From Pelomyxa schiedti (lineage: Eukaryota > Protista > Evosea), in contig JAHLWZ010000808.1 of NCBI GenBank assembly GCA_020536535.1, forward strand, positions 1 to 64,000: a stretch of DNA of 64,000 nt, given 5' to 3'. Below, one piece after another: positions 52,853-64,000 of the stretch (the first letter of the stretch is position 1; each line of letters begins with the position of its first letter). The notes under the pieces were generated by a model. The model did no database searches. It was not told where the DNA came from and was given only the letters and a program-made list of their open reading frames with translations. A program made the position numbers and the translations under genes.

Positions 52853-53069
52853 ACAAAAACACATCAACGGCGAGTTGTTTTGTTATCATCAAAACCGCGA
52901 ACGGGAAAACCGAAAAACGAAAAACGAAGCGGTGCACCGCTTGGGAAACACGAAGACCCCTTACTGCATTATGGTTACTGAGCGCCAGCAAGAGTTATTA
53001 AAAGAGCCGTGATGCCAGATGCACAAGGAATAATAAGGAACAACAAACAAACCTACAACAGCAACTACA

Positions 53070-53669
53070 ATGAGCTTCTTGTTTGGAGTTGATCCGTGGT
53101 CCGAGTTGCGCAGAATGGAGCGACAAATGAACCGCATGTTTGGGTCTGATTGGAATGATGTTGGGCAACAGCAGCCGAGGTTGACGTCGCCTGGTGAGCC
53201 TCAGGGTCCGCAGGTGGCAACAACGACGCAAAGTTCCTCAGCCCCGCCAATGGATGTGGTGTCTTGGCACCCAAGGTGTGATCTCAGGGAGACTGACACT
53301 GAGTACCAGGTAGGAGAAGCCATAGTAGTCACTATATAGTAATATAACATTGAACACGAGTCAAGTCGTGACTGTAACCCATAATAGATTCACACTGAGC
53401 TGCCCGGAGTGAGGAAGGAAGACGTGTCTGTTGACTTTGCGCCCGACGGCACCCTTGTGATACGTGGCAAGAAGGAGCACGAACGCGAGGAGACGAACGA
53501 GCGTTGGCACACAGTGGAGCGCTCCTTTGGCACCTTCCAGAGATCTTTCAATGTGCCTCAGGGAACTGACCCCTCCAAGATCACTGCGCAGTTTGACAAT
53601 GGTGTCTTGAAGCTTGGCATCCCAAAGACTGAGAATAGGCCTGCTGTGCACAGGATTGACATCAAGTAG
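53070..53669 (+). CDS. Small heat shock protein (HSP20/alpha-crystallin domain), one intron 53310-53387
   Basis: WHPRCDLRETDTEYQ|IHTELPGVRKEDVSV...VERSFGTFQRSFNVP..DPSKITAQFDNGVLKLGIPK. Confidence 0.95.
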
Positions 53670-54094
53670 TCATGACTGACCGACTTTGCGGGAATTGAAT
53701 GACATGAATGGAGTAACAAACATGCCACGTTTGGGTTCTCTTCCTTTGCTTTGGTTTTCTTTCAAGATCACGTTGACACCAAGTTGGTTTTCTGGAAAAA
53801 ACCCACTTTTGTTACTCGTTTTTTTCGCCTGGTTTTTCTCCGCCACAGCCACCGCCGCGCTCTCGGAAACGATGTCAGAGGAGGGACCTTGGGTGGTTGG
53901 CCATTTTAGCGATGTTTGTTGTGGAGTTGGTGACTCTCCTTGCGAGATCTCCCCTCCCGAAATCCCTGCTCGGGAAGCCTCTTATTTCCCGGAAATGCAC
54001 TTTTATGAGATTAGGCGTCCCGTCGCAAATGTAAACGCAATCAAAAAGGACCATTGTAATACCAGCAATTAATCGCGTTTGTGTGTATAAAGAA

Positions 54095-55844
54095 ATGATT
54101 AACGTGGCAGTAATTGGAGGCGGACGCATTGGCAGGCTTCATTTGAAAGTTTGACACATTTCTCTTTTGTTACTTGTTCATTTCATTTCGTTTATTTTAC
54201 CTCCTCGTGTTGTTGTGCTGTCTTCTCGATCGTGACTCTGTCTATCCAGAACTTGTCTCGTATTCCCAACGTAAAAGTCGTGGGTGTAGCGGAGATCAAA
54301 CCGACTGAAGATCTCTACAACTTAGTAGCAGAGCTTGCTCCCCCACTTTCACGCACGCCATCTCCTTTTAGGCCACTTTCACCAACAACTTCGAATGGTG
54401 TATGTAACGGTACACCTTCGACAGCTACTTCACTAAGCTCGGCCGTACCTATTTGCATCGCGACAACAACACCGCCTCTGCCTTCTCCATCCGCACCGTC
54501 ACCTACACCATCAGTTTCTGTAACACCACCTACTCCCACAACACCGCACCCCACTGCAAATGGCAATGGTCCAGTAAACGGTTCCAGGCCAACACTTTCT
54601 CCCACACCTTCGCCACCTCTAGCTGTACTTCCTTTTCCAATTGTCGAAGATTATCATACCCTTCTAAATGACCCTACGATTGAGGCTGTTCTCGTCTGCA
54701 CCAACACGGCCCTTCATCCGCAAATATGCTTAGACGCACTAAAAGCCGGCAAACATGTATTCTGCGAAAAACCTGTCAGCTACGACCTCGATGTTCTCAG
54801 AAAGCTTCAGTATGTTGTCGTTGAGAGGTTCCTATTCACTAACTCTTTCGTTCAGGGAAGAAGTCGATAGAACTGGTACACACCACTTCAAAAAAAAAAA
54901 AAAACAAAAGAAGCCACCACTTACAAATAAAAGGTCTGATTTTGCAGGTCGGGTTCAATCGACGCTTTGATAACCACTTCAGACGTGGACGAGAAATCTT
55001 GTCTTCTGGAAAGGTCTTATTGTTGCTCATTAGATGATCCATGATACATTGTTTGAGTAGGTTGGCAGACCTCATACTATCCGCATAACATCCCGAGATC
55101 CCACTTTTAATTTGGAGTATTTACGAGAGGCTGCTAAAGCTGGTAAGTGTTTTTCCATACTTCCCCTCCGAACTAAGAATCCGTAGGAGGGATATACTTC
55201 GATTTTGTTATCCATGACTTCGATATGTTGCACTACCTTATAAGTGGGTTTCAGGAGAGCACCACGGTATCTGACGTTGTTGCAATGGGATCTACATTGC
55301 TTGCACCCGAACTTACTGAGCTTGGAGATGTTGACACTTCAGTAGTTACATTAAAACTCAATAATGGGTGTCTCGTCATAATTGATAATTCTAGACAAGC
55401 TGTCTATGGTTATGACCAAAGGGTAAACTAAAACCAGACATAAAAAAAGATTCTCTAAACCAGCTAAGATTGAAATCTTCGGAGCAGATGGGTGCATAAT
55501 GATTAACAACGAACAATGTTCTTCAGCTGTTGTATTATCCCGGGACCCCCCTTCCTCTGACAAACTGAAATGGTTCTTTGCTGATAGATATGCTGATGCG
55601 TATGTTTTGCCTTGTTAATCATTCTTCTGACAGAGCCACCAGTTTTCTCAATGAAATGGAAGAGTTTATTAACTGTGTCCGAAATCAGGGGAAACCATCT
55701 GTCGGCCTGAAGGATGCCTACAATGCTGTCCACCTGGCCACACTTGCCAAACAGAGTCTGACTGAGCACAGGATAGTTTCAAATATAACAGGTCTTTCAC
55801 AAGCTTTTTACAAACCTATTGTAACCACTCTGCCAGGCCATTGA
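54095..55844 (+). CDS. iolG: Gfo/Idh/MocA oxidoreductase, myo-inositol 2-dehydrogenase (IolG) type
   Basis: MINVAVIGGGRIGRLH, GKHVFCEKP, QVGFNRRFD, RITSRDP, GGIYFDFVIHDFD, GDVDT...IDNSRQAVYGYDQR|IEIFG, FFADRYADA. Confidence 0.85.
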
Positions 55845-56025
55845 CCTATCTTTCCCACCCTCTTCTCTGTCGTTTTTCCCAACATGTAACAAAAAAAATA
55901 AAAACCAAGCCCAATTTTTGTGTTGCCTGCCTCCTCCCTTCTTTCGCGAAACCAAAAAAATAAAAAACGAAAAACCAAGGCCTTTCGCCCCCCGACTGTA
56001 TTTTTTTCTTATTATTTTGAACCGT

Positions 56026-57620
56026 ATGGCTAGCGGGGGACCGCACGTGCACATCGACAAGCGGCCGATAGTCATCGACTGCGGGAGCGGGGTGACCAAG
56101 GCGGGGTTCGCGTCGGAGGACGCGCCGCAGCTGGTGTGCCCGACGCTGGTGGGGGCGCGGCGGGGGTCGGCGGCGGCGAGCTTCGTGGCGGACCGCCTGG
56201 CGGACCAGCGCGCAGCCGCCCGCGCCCTGCAGCTGGAGCACCAGGCCTCTCGCTCCGCCGCCGCTACTTCTACCTCCACGAGCACCGCCACCACCAAGCC
56301 AACCGGGCCCAAGAGACGTGTGAGCGTCCTGCCTGTGTTTCTTTGTTTCTTTGGTTGTTTTTTTTTTTTTTTTTTTTAACTATTTTAGCCTTGTGGGTTT
56401 TTTTTTAAGTTTGAACTTTGGGGATTTTTGGCATTTCGAGTTTGTTTTTGCTTGTTGTTTACTACTTTGTGTCTACAATTAAGTCACGACTGTAAAAGGC
56501 TCCAAAGAAACGGCCAGCTTATGATCAACCTACGGTATTGCCATGCATGTGTAAAGACCTGCAAGGTTACTAATCAGTCTCGCTCTATCCAATTTCTTAT
56601 GTGTATTAGTTGGTAATGCCGCATCAACAAGGCGAGGTCTTCTTACAACTCAGTATCCAATTGTGCATGGTGTTGTGATAGACATGGATAGCATGGAGTT
56701 GTTGTGGCAAAATGCTTTTAAGGAACTCAAAGTAGAGCCAAAAAAAAAGCGTGTTCTGCTGACTGAGGCTCCTTTGAACCCCAGAGAGAACCGAGAGCGA
56801 GTGGCCACTGCCATGTATGAAAGGTTTAATGTGAAGTCGCTGTATATAGCCGGAACGGATAGCACTGCATTTGTATCTTCTGGCCGGACAACTGGGCTTG
56901 TAATTGATGTAGGTGATGGTGTCACCTACACTGCTCCAGTTTTTGATGGATTTGGAATCTCTCAAGCTGTTCACAGACTCGATTTCGCAGGGCGAGCCTT
57001 GACTGAACTTCTTGTGGCAAAGCTTAGGGAGAACCGCGGCTATTTGTTTACCTCCGCTTCAGATTTTGAGCTTGTGCGTGAAATGAAGGAGAAAATGTCA
57101 TATGCCGAGGAGCATGTTGGGTTGGCACAACCACACCCTGACACATCCTACGAGCTTCCAGATGGACAGGTCATTACAATTGGCAAGGAGTGCGGAGAAT
57201 GTATTGAGCCACTGTTTTGCCCCAGCAAGCTCGGACTGGAGTTACCTGGAATTCACCGCATGTGCTACAACTCAATACAGAAATGTGGTATGGATGTACG
57301 CAGGCCCTTATACAGTAGTATCACTCTTTGTGGTGGCGGCACTATGTCTGCTGGATTCCAAGAGAGGATGCAAGCTGAGATGCAAGCCCTTGTACCAGAC
57401 ACCATTAAAATCAAGTATACCCCATTCACTGGCCATTCTTCCACTCTAATATTTCACCTTAAGGGTTTATGCCCCTGGAGAGAGGAAGTACTCTGTTTGG
57501 ATAGGGGGAAGCATTCTTACATCTCTGAGTACATTCAGATCCATGTGGATCACCAGGGAGCAATATGAAGATGCTGGTCCCGCCATAATACATAACAGAG
57601 CTAGTGGAGGTGGTTCCTAA
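56026..57620 (+). CDS. Divergent actin/actin-related protein
   Basis: [101 protein letters not shown]; C-terminus ..[10 protein letters not shown]. Confidence 0.9.
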
Positions 57621-57833
57621 ACAAGCACCCAACACTTCCCCTCACCCTTATGCTGTATTGGAAAAAACGACAAAAAACCATTTAAGGAATTGAATTAGAT
57701 GTTTTAGTTTTAGCCTCGTAAAAGAGCCAGCGCCCAAAAGAAAGGTTCAACAAAAGTATCGAAAGGGTTTTGGTAAAAGAAACAATTGTGCAGTATTTTG
57801 TTTTGGAATTCCGACTGTAAAAAAAACAGTTTC

Positions 57834-60263
57834 TCAGTGGGAGGCAAGCCACTTTTTGTGGTCCCAAGCTCCTTGTTGGATGGTTGATGGGGGCATGGCT
57901 GTCTTGAGGTAGCGGATTTGCTCCTCAGTAAGTGCTGCCTTGGCAAAGTCTGCTTCGGTAACAAAGTCCTTTCCGCCGGTAACAACAGCGAAAGCTTCGG
58001 CAAGCTGGGGATGGTTGGTAAGTAAGACTGAAGGAGGTGGGAGGGAAGAGATACCTGAGCTGGGGATACAGAGTCCTCAGTGATGGAAATCATGAACTTT
58101 ACGTATTGATCGAAAGTGATGACGTTGTTTCCTTCGGAGATTTGCTGGAAAATCTTGTCGAATTCACCTTCCTTGCCAGAGAAATCAACACCAATTACAC
58201 CCAAGCTTGACAAGGCACTTCGGGCCTCGAGTCGGTCGAGTGTCTGTTCTGGGTAAGTACAAATACTGTGGGGAAAAAAAAAAGCATACGTGATCGTTGT
58301 TGGTGTCGAAGTGCATGAATGACTCTCGGAACTCATTGAGCTTCTCTGGTGGCACTCCGCCCTTAGCTTCAGCAATTTGGGTTTGAATGAACATGATCTT
58401 CTTTTCGAAGCTGGACTTGAGTTGATCAAACGAGTACTGCAAGTCTTCGAAGGTTTGGTCACTGTACTCATTGTCCTCAATGTTAGCAGCCAAGCACTGG
58501 TCCTCCGCCTCCTTGATAACTGGAAGTCTGGACTCGAGTTCGGCAACAAACTCCTTCTCAAGGTTCTGGAACTTGTGTACGGCTGGTTCAAGGTCTCCCT
58601 GTGAAAGGTGAGAAGAGACTTGATATTGTTGTTTACTAACCTCAATTGGTTGTGAAAGAGCTGTAATGTACTTCTGGAGGTCGGAAAAGAACTGGTTTGC
58701 GGGGTCGGCGAAAGCCTTTCTGAGGTTGTCGAGAGTCAAACGCATCTGGGAGTTCAGACCACCACGATATTTGCGCTCAACAGCTGTGAGCTCTTCCATT
58801 TCGTGATCTAGGGCAGATGGGGCAATGTCCTCTGGGGGAACATAGGGAGGTCGGCCCATGGATTTCAACTTGGATTGGATATTGGAGAAAAGGGATTCCA
58901 AGTCAGCAAGCTCGCTAACCCATTTGCGCTTTTGTTGAATTTTGTACTCCCTTAAACTTGTAAGCGAACAAAACAACAGAAATGGACTTACTTGAATTCG
59001 GCAATATTAGCTCGGATTTCAGCGTAGGTATCGCCTGGGGCCTTGGTGCTCAGAGCCTTAATCTGTTCCTTCATATGGTGCTTAAGAGCGTGAGCACGTT
59101 CTTCATAATCGTGGAGCATCTCCTCAGTGGTCTTCATAAAGTTCACGAACTAAAAAAAAGGTCAGGTTGGATACAAAAATATAAGGTAAAAAGAATGAAC
59201 CTTGGCAACACGGCGACCAGCTGTGCCGACTTTGTCATAAGAAGAGAATACGTTATAGAGAGCTTCAAAGAATTAGAATGCTGGGACTGGTTACGAAGGG
59301 AAAATACCAGCAACGTAAGTCATAACGGACCTCTCATCAGGCTTGGGCATGTTGATGATATCATCTGTCTCCAGAAGTTTGGGGACATCCAAGTACTTGG
59401 CAGCAACATCAAAAGCAAGGTCCAAATTAGCGCGTGGGTTCTCCTTGGTCAATGAGTCGTAGTCAAGAAGATCCTTAGAGGAAAGATTTAGAATTGTTAC
59501 GCCCACAGAGAGAGTACATACGGGTCGGTGCTTGTGGATAAGAGCACAGAAAGCAAGACCGTCTTTGAAGGAGTCCTGGAAGTCCAGAACATTGACTCCC
59601 TTGTATCCCTCAGTCTTGCGCTGGCACCACAGTAAGAGACCTTGCTTAGCACTGATACCCTCCTGGCTCAGTCCTTGAATTGCGAACCTCAGAATGACAG
59701 TCCTAGAAAACAAGTCAAACACGAGCTTGCGCTAGATTGAAGCACGAACCAAATCATTCCCAGTGTCAATGTTCGGTTTCCATCAACAATGGCCTCAGCT
59801 CCAATGTTGGCAAGGTTCACCTTGTGATCGGCAATAAACTTGAGTGCCTTGCCTAGAACCATAAGTGTTAAAACAATGCAGCAACATTCAATTAAATTGA
59901 GAGTAAACACTACGAAAACAGGCGGACTACACACCGACGTTCTCGATCTGATGGAGACGCATCTTGGGCGCCTTGACATAGCGAGGAATAGTGTCTTCTC
60001 CGATGATTTCGAGCAATTGAATGAGGCGAACGCCGTCTCTGAAGTCGGTCAAAATACTGTCAATCTTCTGTCCTTTTTTCGCCAAGTGCATGTTGCACCA
60101 CTTGGTCTACATTTTTGTCAACAAAAAAAATGAAGCGTAAGCTACGAGGCGAAAACAAAACAAAAAGCCAGCAAGTGAAGGAAAAAAAAACCAAAGAGGT
60201 ATCACATACGAAGGTGTTGATTTGTACGCGCTCCCATTGTCCAACCAAGTCTGCTGACGACAT
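57834..60263 (-). CDS. Alpha-actinin (two CH domains, short spectrin-repeat rod, EF-hands)
   Basis: QINTF|[39 protein letters not shown]|[68 protein letters not shown]. Confidence 0.92.
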
Positions 60264-60574
60264 TGTCTCACTAATATGTTCTTGTTGGTTTTTATTTTGC
60301 TTTTGTTTGTGTTTTTAAAACTTTTCGAAACAAAAAACTCTCCAAGGGAAACCCCGACAACAAAAAAGGAAAAAAAATGCCTGCCGGTTACCCGAAACGA
60401 ACTATTTTCGGACTTGCTCTAGAACAACTGGTCGTAAAAAAAACCCTTAAAAAAGCCACTCTCAACATAGTTGTTTCCTCTGTTCCCACGTCCGTGAGCT
60501 CGAGACATCCCACAATCTCCGTTGCCCACTGCCTCTTTGTTGTGTTTTACTCCTTTCTTCTCGTCATACCCAAA

Positions 60575-61637
60575 ATGATGGCCCGAAGTGCAACTCATTT
60601 GACATCGAGGACTGTTGTTGAGGGCATTGACACTTCATTACGTTGTGCTTTTTCGCCTTCTTTCGATTTTGAGTACATAAGGACCAGTGAGCACTTTTTT
60701 TTTTTTTTTAACTCGCTCTTCCCTCGTTCACGTGCTATTTTTTTTTTTTTTTGTTTTTTGCACTCTAATTGGTGTGGTGAGATGAATATTTGCACAGAGA
60801 GGCACACTCTGTGGAACCATCTTTGTTGTGTGATTGTGTCAGATTGCCTGGCAAACCGTCATGTGGCTCATCTTGTATCAATAGGTTAGGCAAGGGCACT
60901 AAATTACTTTGCTACTTCCTTGTAACATTGTATCCTTGCACTCTAATAAGACTCATGCAATACGAGTGCCCTCCAACATGCAGGTGTGGTGACGAATGTA
61001 TTAATAGAAAATTCCAGAAACGTGACTACCTTGCAGTGATGCCATTTAGAGTTTGTATGCTTTTGCCTTGTTTCAAGCATGTCACTTTCTACAAAGACCA
61101 CAAAGAAGGGATGGGGATTGATGGCACTGGAAAGTGCTGAACCAGGAACATTTGTTATTGAATATGTTGGAGAAGTCATGGATAGAACAAGGGCACAAGC
61201 TCGCTTGAACGCACAAAAGTCCGTGTGGCAAATAACCACATTAGTTCCCTGATACAGATGCATTTCTTATTCCCAGTCTAAATGATGCTACGTACATTGT
61301 GCAGCTGGATAAAGGTGAATTTCTTGATGCATGGAAGAAGGGAAATGCGGCCCGGTTCATTAATCACAGCTGTCAGCCAAACTGTGTTCTTGAAAAGTGG
61401 TATTCCTACAATTTCCCGCAAGATTCCACTTCACTGACACCTAGGGTTGTGCTCAACGAAATTCGGATAGGGATATTTACCATTCAACAAGTGCCAGCAG
61501 GTTCCGAACTAACTTTTGATTACCAGCTACAAGAATTTGGATTTCAGCATGAATGTTTCTGTGGAACGCCCGCTTGTAGACACTTTCTTAGCCCCAGAAC
61601 GGCATCGACCAATGCAGTTCCAATGTTCCTGGAATAA
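60575..61637 (+). CDS. Compact AWS-SET-postSET lysine methyltransferase (SET2/ASH1/NSD class)
   Basis: FEYIRT|NEYLHR..CDC..CGSSCINR|..YECP..CRCGDECINRKFQK, KGWGL..FVIEYVGEV, GNAARFINHSCQPNC, ELTFDY, CFCGTPACR. Start codon uncertain. Confidence 0.88.
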
Positions 61638-61945
61638 TGACAATAATAACCCTGAGCACAGTTCACTAAATATCTCTCTCAAAAAATCTTTGAGAGTGTA
61701 ACACTGGAATGCCTACTTTCTCACACTTGACACGCATCTGTATGAATCCAACCCAACCGTACACCCGAGCAAAAGTCTCACATTTTATTTTGTGTGTGCA
61801 CCATTGAGTTGCCACCCGTGCAGGATGGGGATCCACCACGGTTTTTTCCTCGCCCAAGCAATTGTCATCATTCCCCTGCCACCAGATCCGAAAGAACAAA
61901 ATAAAAAAAAAAGGAAAAAGAACCAACAAATCGAGGTGGCTTGGA

Positions 61946-64000
61946 ATGGACGGTGCGGTGGAGATCGTGTCGGTCACGAGTGATGCTTCCGTTGGTGGGA
62001 ATCAAGCTCTGTTGTCGTTGTTGAAGAGTTTGAAAAGAACGTACACGCTGTACGGCGCTATGCCGGGGACGTACGACCCGAAGTCGTTTTCTCTGTCACC
62101 AAGCGAGGCTACGGCGGCAAAAACGACCAAGGCCAGCGACGATGCGGGCGAGAGACCGACCGCGGCGAAAAAACCTGAAAAGTCAACCAGGAGAGATTAC
62201 AGCCCCAGCGATGCTGTGAAGGTTAGGCTCTTGACCAAGATCTCGGGAGAATATGCGAACGTTCCGGCTGCTACTCCAGCCGCTGCGCCGGCTCAGCCAA
62301 CCAAAAAACGTCAGAGGAAGACCTCCAAGGCATCCACACCAACGGAAACTGAATCTATGCCAGTGGAAAGTCCCGTCACAGTAACTGGCCCTCATCCACA
62401 CCCGTCGGCACCAGGTTCTTGAATTCTTACATTATGCATGCAACTAACGAGTTTCTCTTTTCAGGTGTCTCTTTAACAGAAAACACAGCTGTCCCGGGAA
62501 GGCAGCCTTCTAGTGCGGCCAAGACAGCTGTAATTGAGGACATGGACGAGTAAGATATAATCCCTTTTTTTTCTATGTGATGACAAAATAACCAACAACC
62601 AAAAGAGCTGCAGTCGATGCAAGCATTAATGCAAGCCTTTCAGCAATCCGTCAAACTGCACATGAGCATCTCCCCTCTACATCCACATCTTCCACTACCC
62701 CAAATAACCTGGCTCTTGTTAAATCCTATCAAGTTCCTCTACTTAGTGACATTGGAAAACCAGAGTGGCATCCCCCCTGGAAATTATATAGAGTACTTAA
62801 CCTCCACTTCTGTTGTAAGCTGATTCTATGCAGGTCATAGCAGGTCATCTTGGTTGGGTTCGTTCAGTTTGCGTTGATCCAGCAAATGAATGGTTTGCAA
62901 CAGGTTCTGCTGACAGAACAATCAAGGTGAAAAGGTTGAAATGCCGGAAATGGCTTAACTTTAATCAAAGATATGGGACCTTGCAACAGGGCAGCTCAAG
63001 TTGACCCTTACTGGGCACATCAACTCAGTACGTGGCTTGGCAGTAAGTGCAAAGCACCCTTATTTGTTCTCGTGTGCAGAAGATAAAATGGTAAAATGCT
63101 GGGATTTGGAGTATAACAAGGGTATGTTATCTTCTGCAATATGCTAGCTAGACAGTAATTCCTATTCTAGTTGTCAGGCAGTACCACGGCCATTTAAGTG
63201 GTGTGTATTGCTTATCTTTGCATCCCACTCTCGATTTGCTTACTACTGGTGGACGAGACTCTGTGTGCCGGGTAAAACACCGACTCCTGCGTAAAACACT
63301 TTACATCCTGTAGGTGTGGGATATCAGAACAAAAGCACAGGTTCACGTGCTTGAAGGCCACAATAACACTGTTTCGTCAATTTGCTCACAGGGACCAGAT
63401 CCACAGATTATATCTGGTAGTGCTGATACAACTATCAAGTGTGAATCTACTCTAATTTACCATTTACTAACAGTAACCTAGGTATTGGGATCTGGCAGAG
63501 GGGCGTTGTATAACTACTCTTACCCACCATAAAAAGGGAATACGAAGCATGGCTATTCATCATACAGAGTATTTTACCAAACTCGGTAACTTTCGATTTA
63601 TTGGTACCAGGTTTACCATGATGTCGGGTGCAGCAGATAACCTTAAAAAGTGGCGACTTCCGAAAGGTGAGTTCATGACCAACTTCACTGGGCACAACAG
63701 CGTTGTTAATGCGATCGCCTTATCTTCGGATAACGTTCTAGTCAGTGGTGGAGACAACGGTTCGTTTCTAACATTTCCTAGGGTTTTTTACCTGACATTT
63801 CATTAGGGTCACTGTATTTCTGGGATTGGAAAACTGGTTACAACTTCCAGCAAGAGCAGACAAAACCACAACCCGGTCTTGTTTAAAGCGCGTTGTATAC
63901 TGGTACTTACACAACCCTCAGGTTCTCTCGAGAGTGAAGCCGGTATTTATGCTTTGTCATTTGATCAGACAAGCCTAAGGCTCATCACATGTGAAGCCGA
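61946..64000 (+). CDS. PLRG1: Pleiotropic regulator 1 / Prp46 (WD40 NTC spliceosome protein); runs off the right edge
   Basis: [31 protein letters not shown]|[60 protein letters not shown]. Confidence 0.95.

Noticed and set aside
52838-52853. TTCnnGAA heat-shock-element-like word upstream of HSP20
   Set aside because: Only two in-phase units, overlapping the THUMPD1 stop codon; too weak to call.
53686-54072. 128-aa plus-strand ORF between HSP20 and iolG
   Set aside because: Non-ATG start in the track, no recognisable motif, and it spans A/T-tract UTR/promoter-like sequence.
42287-55844. Possibility that hss and iolG are bacterial contamination or part of an operon
   Set aside because: Both contain multiple spliceosomal introns and are interleaved with typical eukaryotic genes.

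Overview
Gene-dense, intron-rich eukaryotic nuclear DNA, with no sign of prokaryotic operons, CRISPR arrays, rRNA, tRNA or transposons. I reconstruct about 26 protein-coding genes by hand-splicing short (mostly about 35-80 nt) GT-AG introns; exon boundaries are approximate. Gene content and architecture suggest an amoebozoan protist, possibly an archamoeba such as Pelomyxa (inference only). The clues are a PH-Akt kinase, a PCTAIRE-type Cdk5, a short two-spectrin-repeat alpha-actinin and a degenerate ankyrin-like repeat gene. Genes in order: HERC-like RCC1 protein (truncated by the left edge), PH protein, Pro/Thr/Lys-repeat protein, SPRY protein, SUGP1-like G-patch protein, large unknown helical protein, Akt/PKB, CDK5, prokaryote-type MFS transporter, ankyrin-like protein, ZNF706-like zinc finger, STE24 protease, SNF2-RING helicase, PRP39, GlfB-C-like protein, TMEM145/GPR180-like protein, SAP-like protein, bacterial-type homospermidine synthase, EF-hand protein, GRAM-VASt sterol transfer protein, Ki-67-like FHA protein, THUMPD1, HSP20, IolG-type inositol dehydrogenase, divergent actin, alpha-actinin, SET methyltransferase and PLRG1 (truncated by the right edge). 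The most notable items are: (1) an intron-containing bacterial-type homospermidine synthase with intact catalytic motifs, plus two other prokaryote-type genes (MFS, IolG); (2) an unexplained, highly base-paired segment of about 380 nt between the two kinase genes, with RNase P-like geometry but a poor CR-V match; (3) a divergent actin lacking the catalytic Gln; and (4) recurrent low-complexity inserts inside conserved folds, one of them bounded by in-frame GT-AG.
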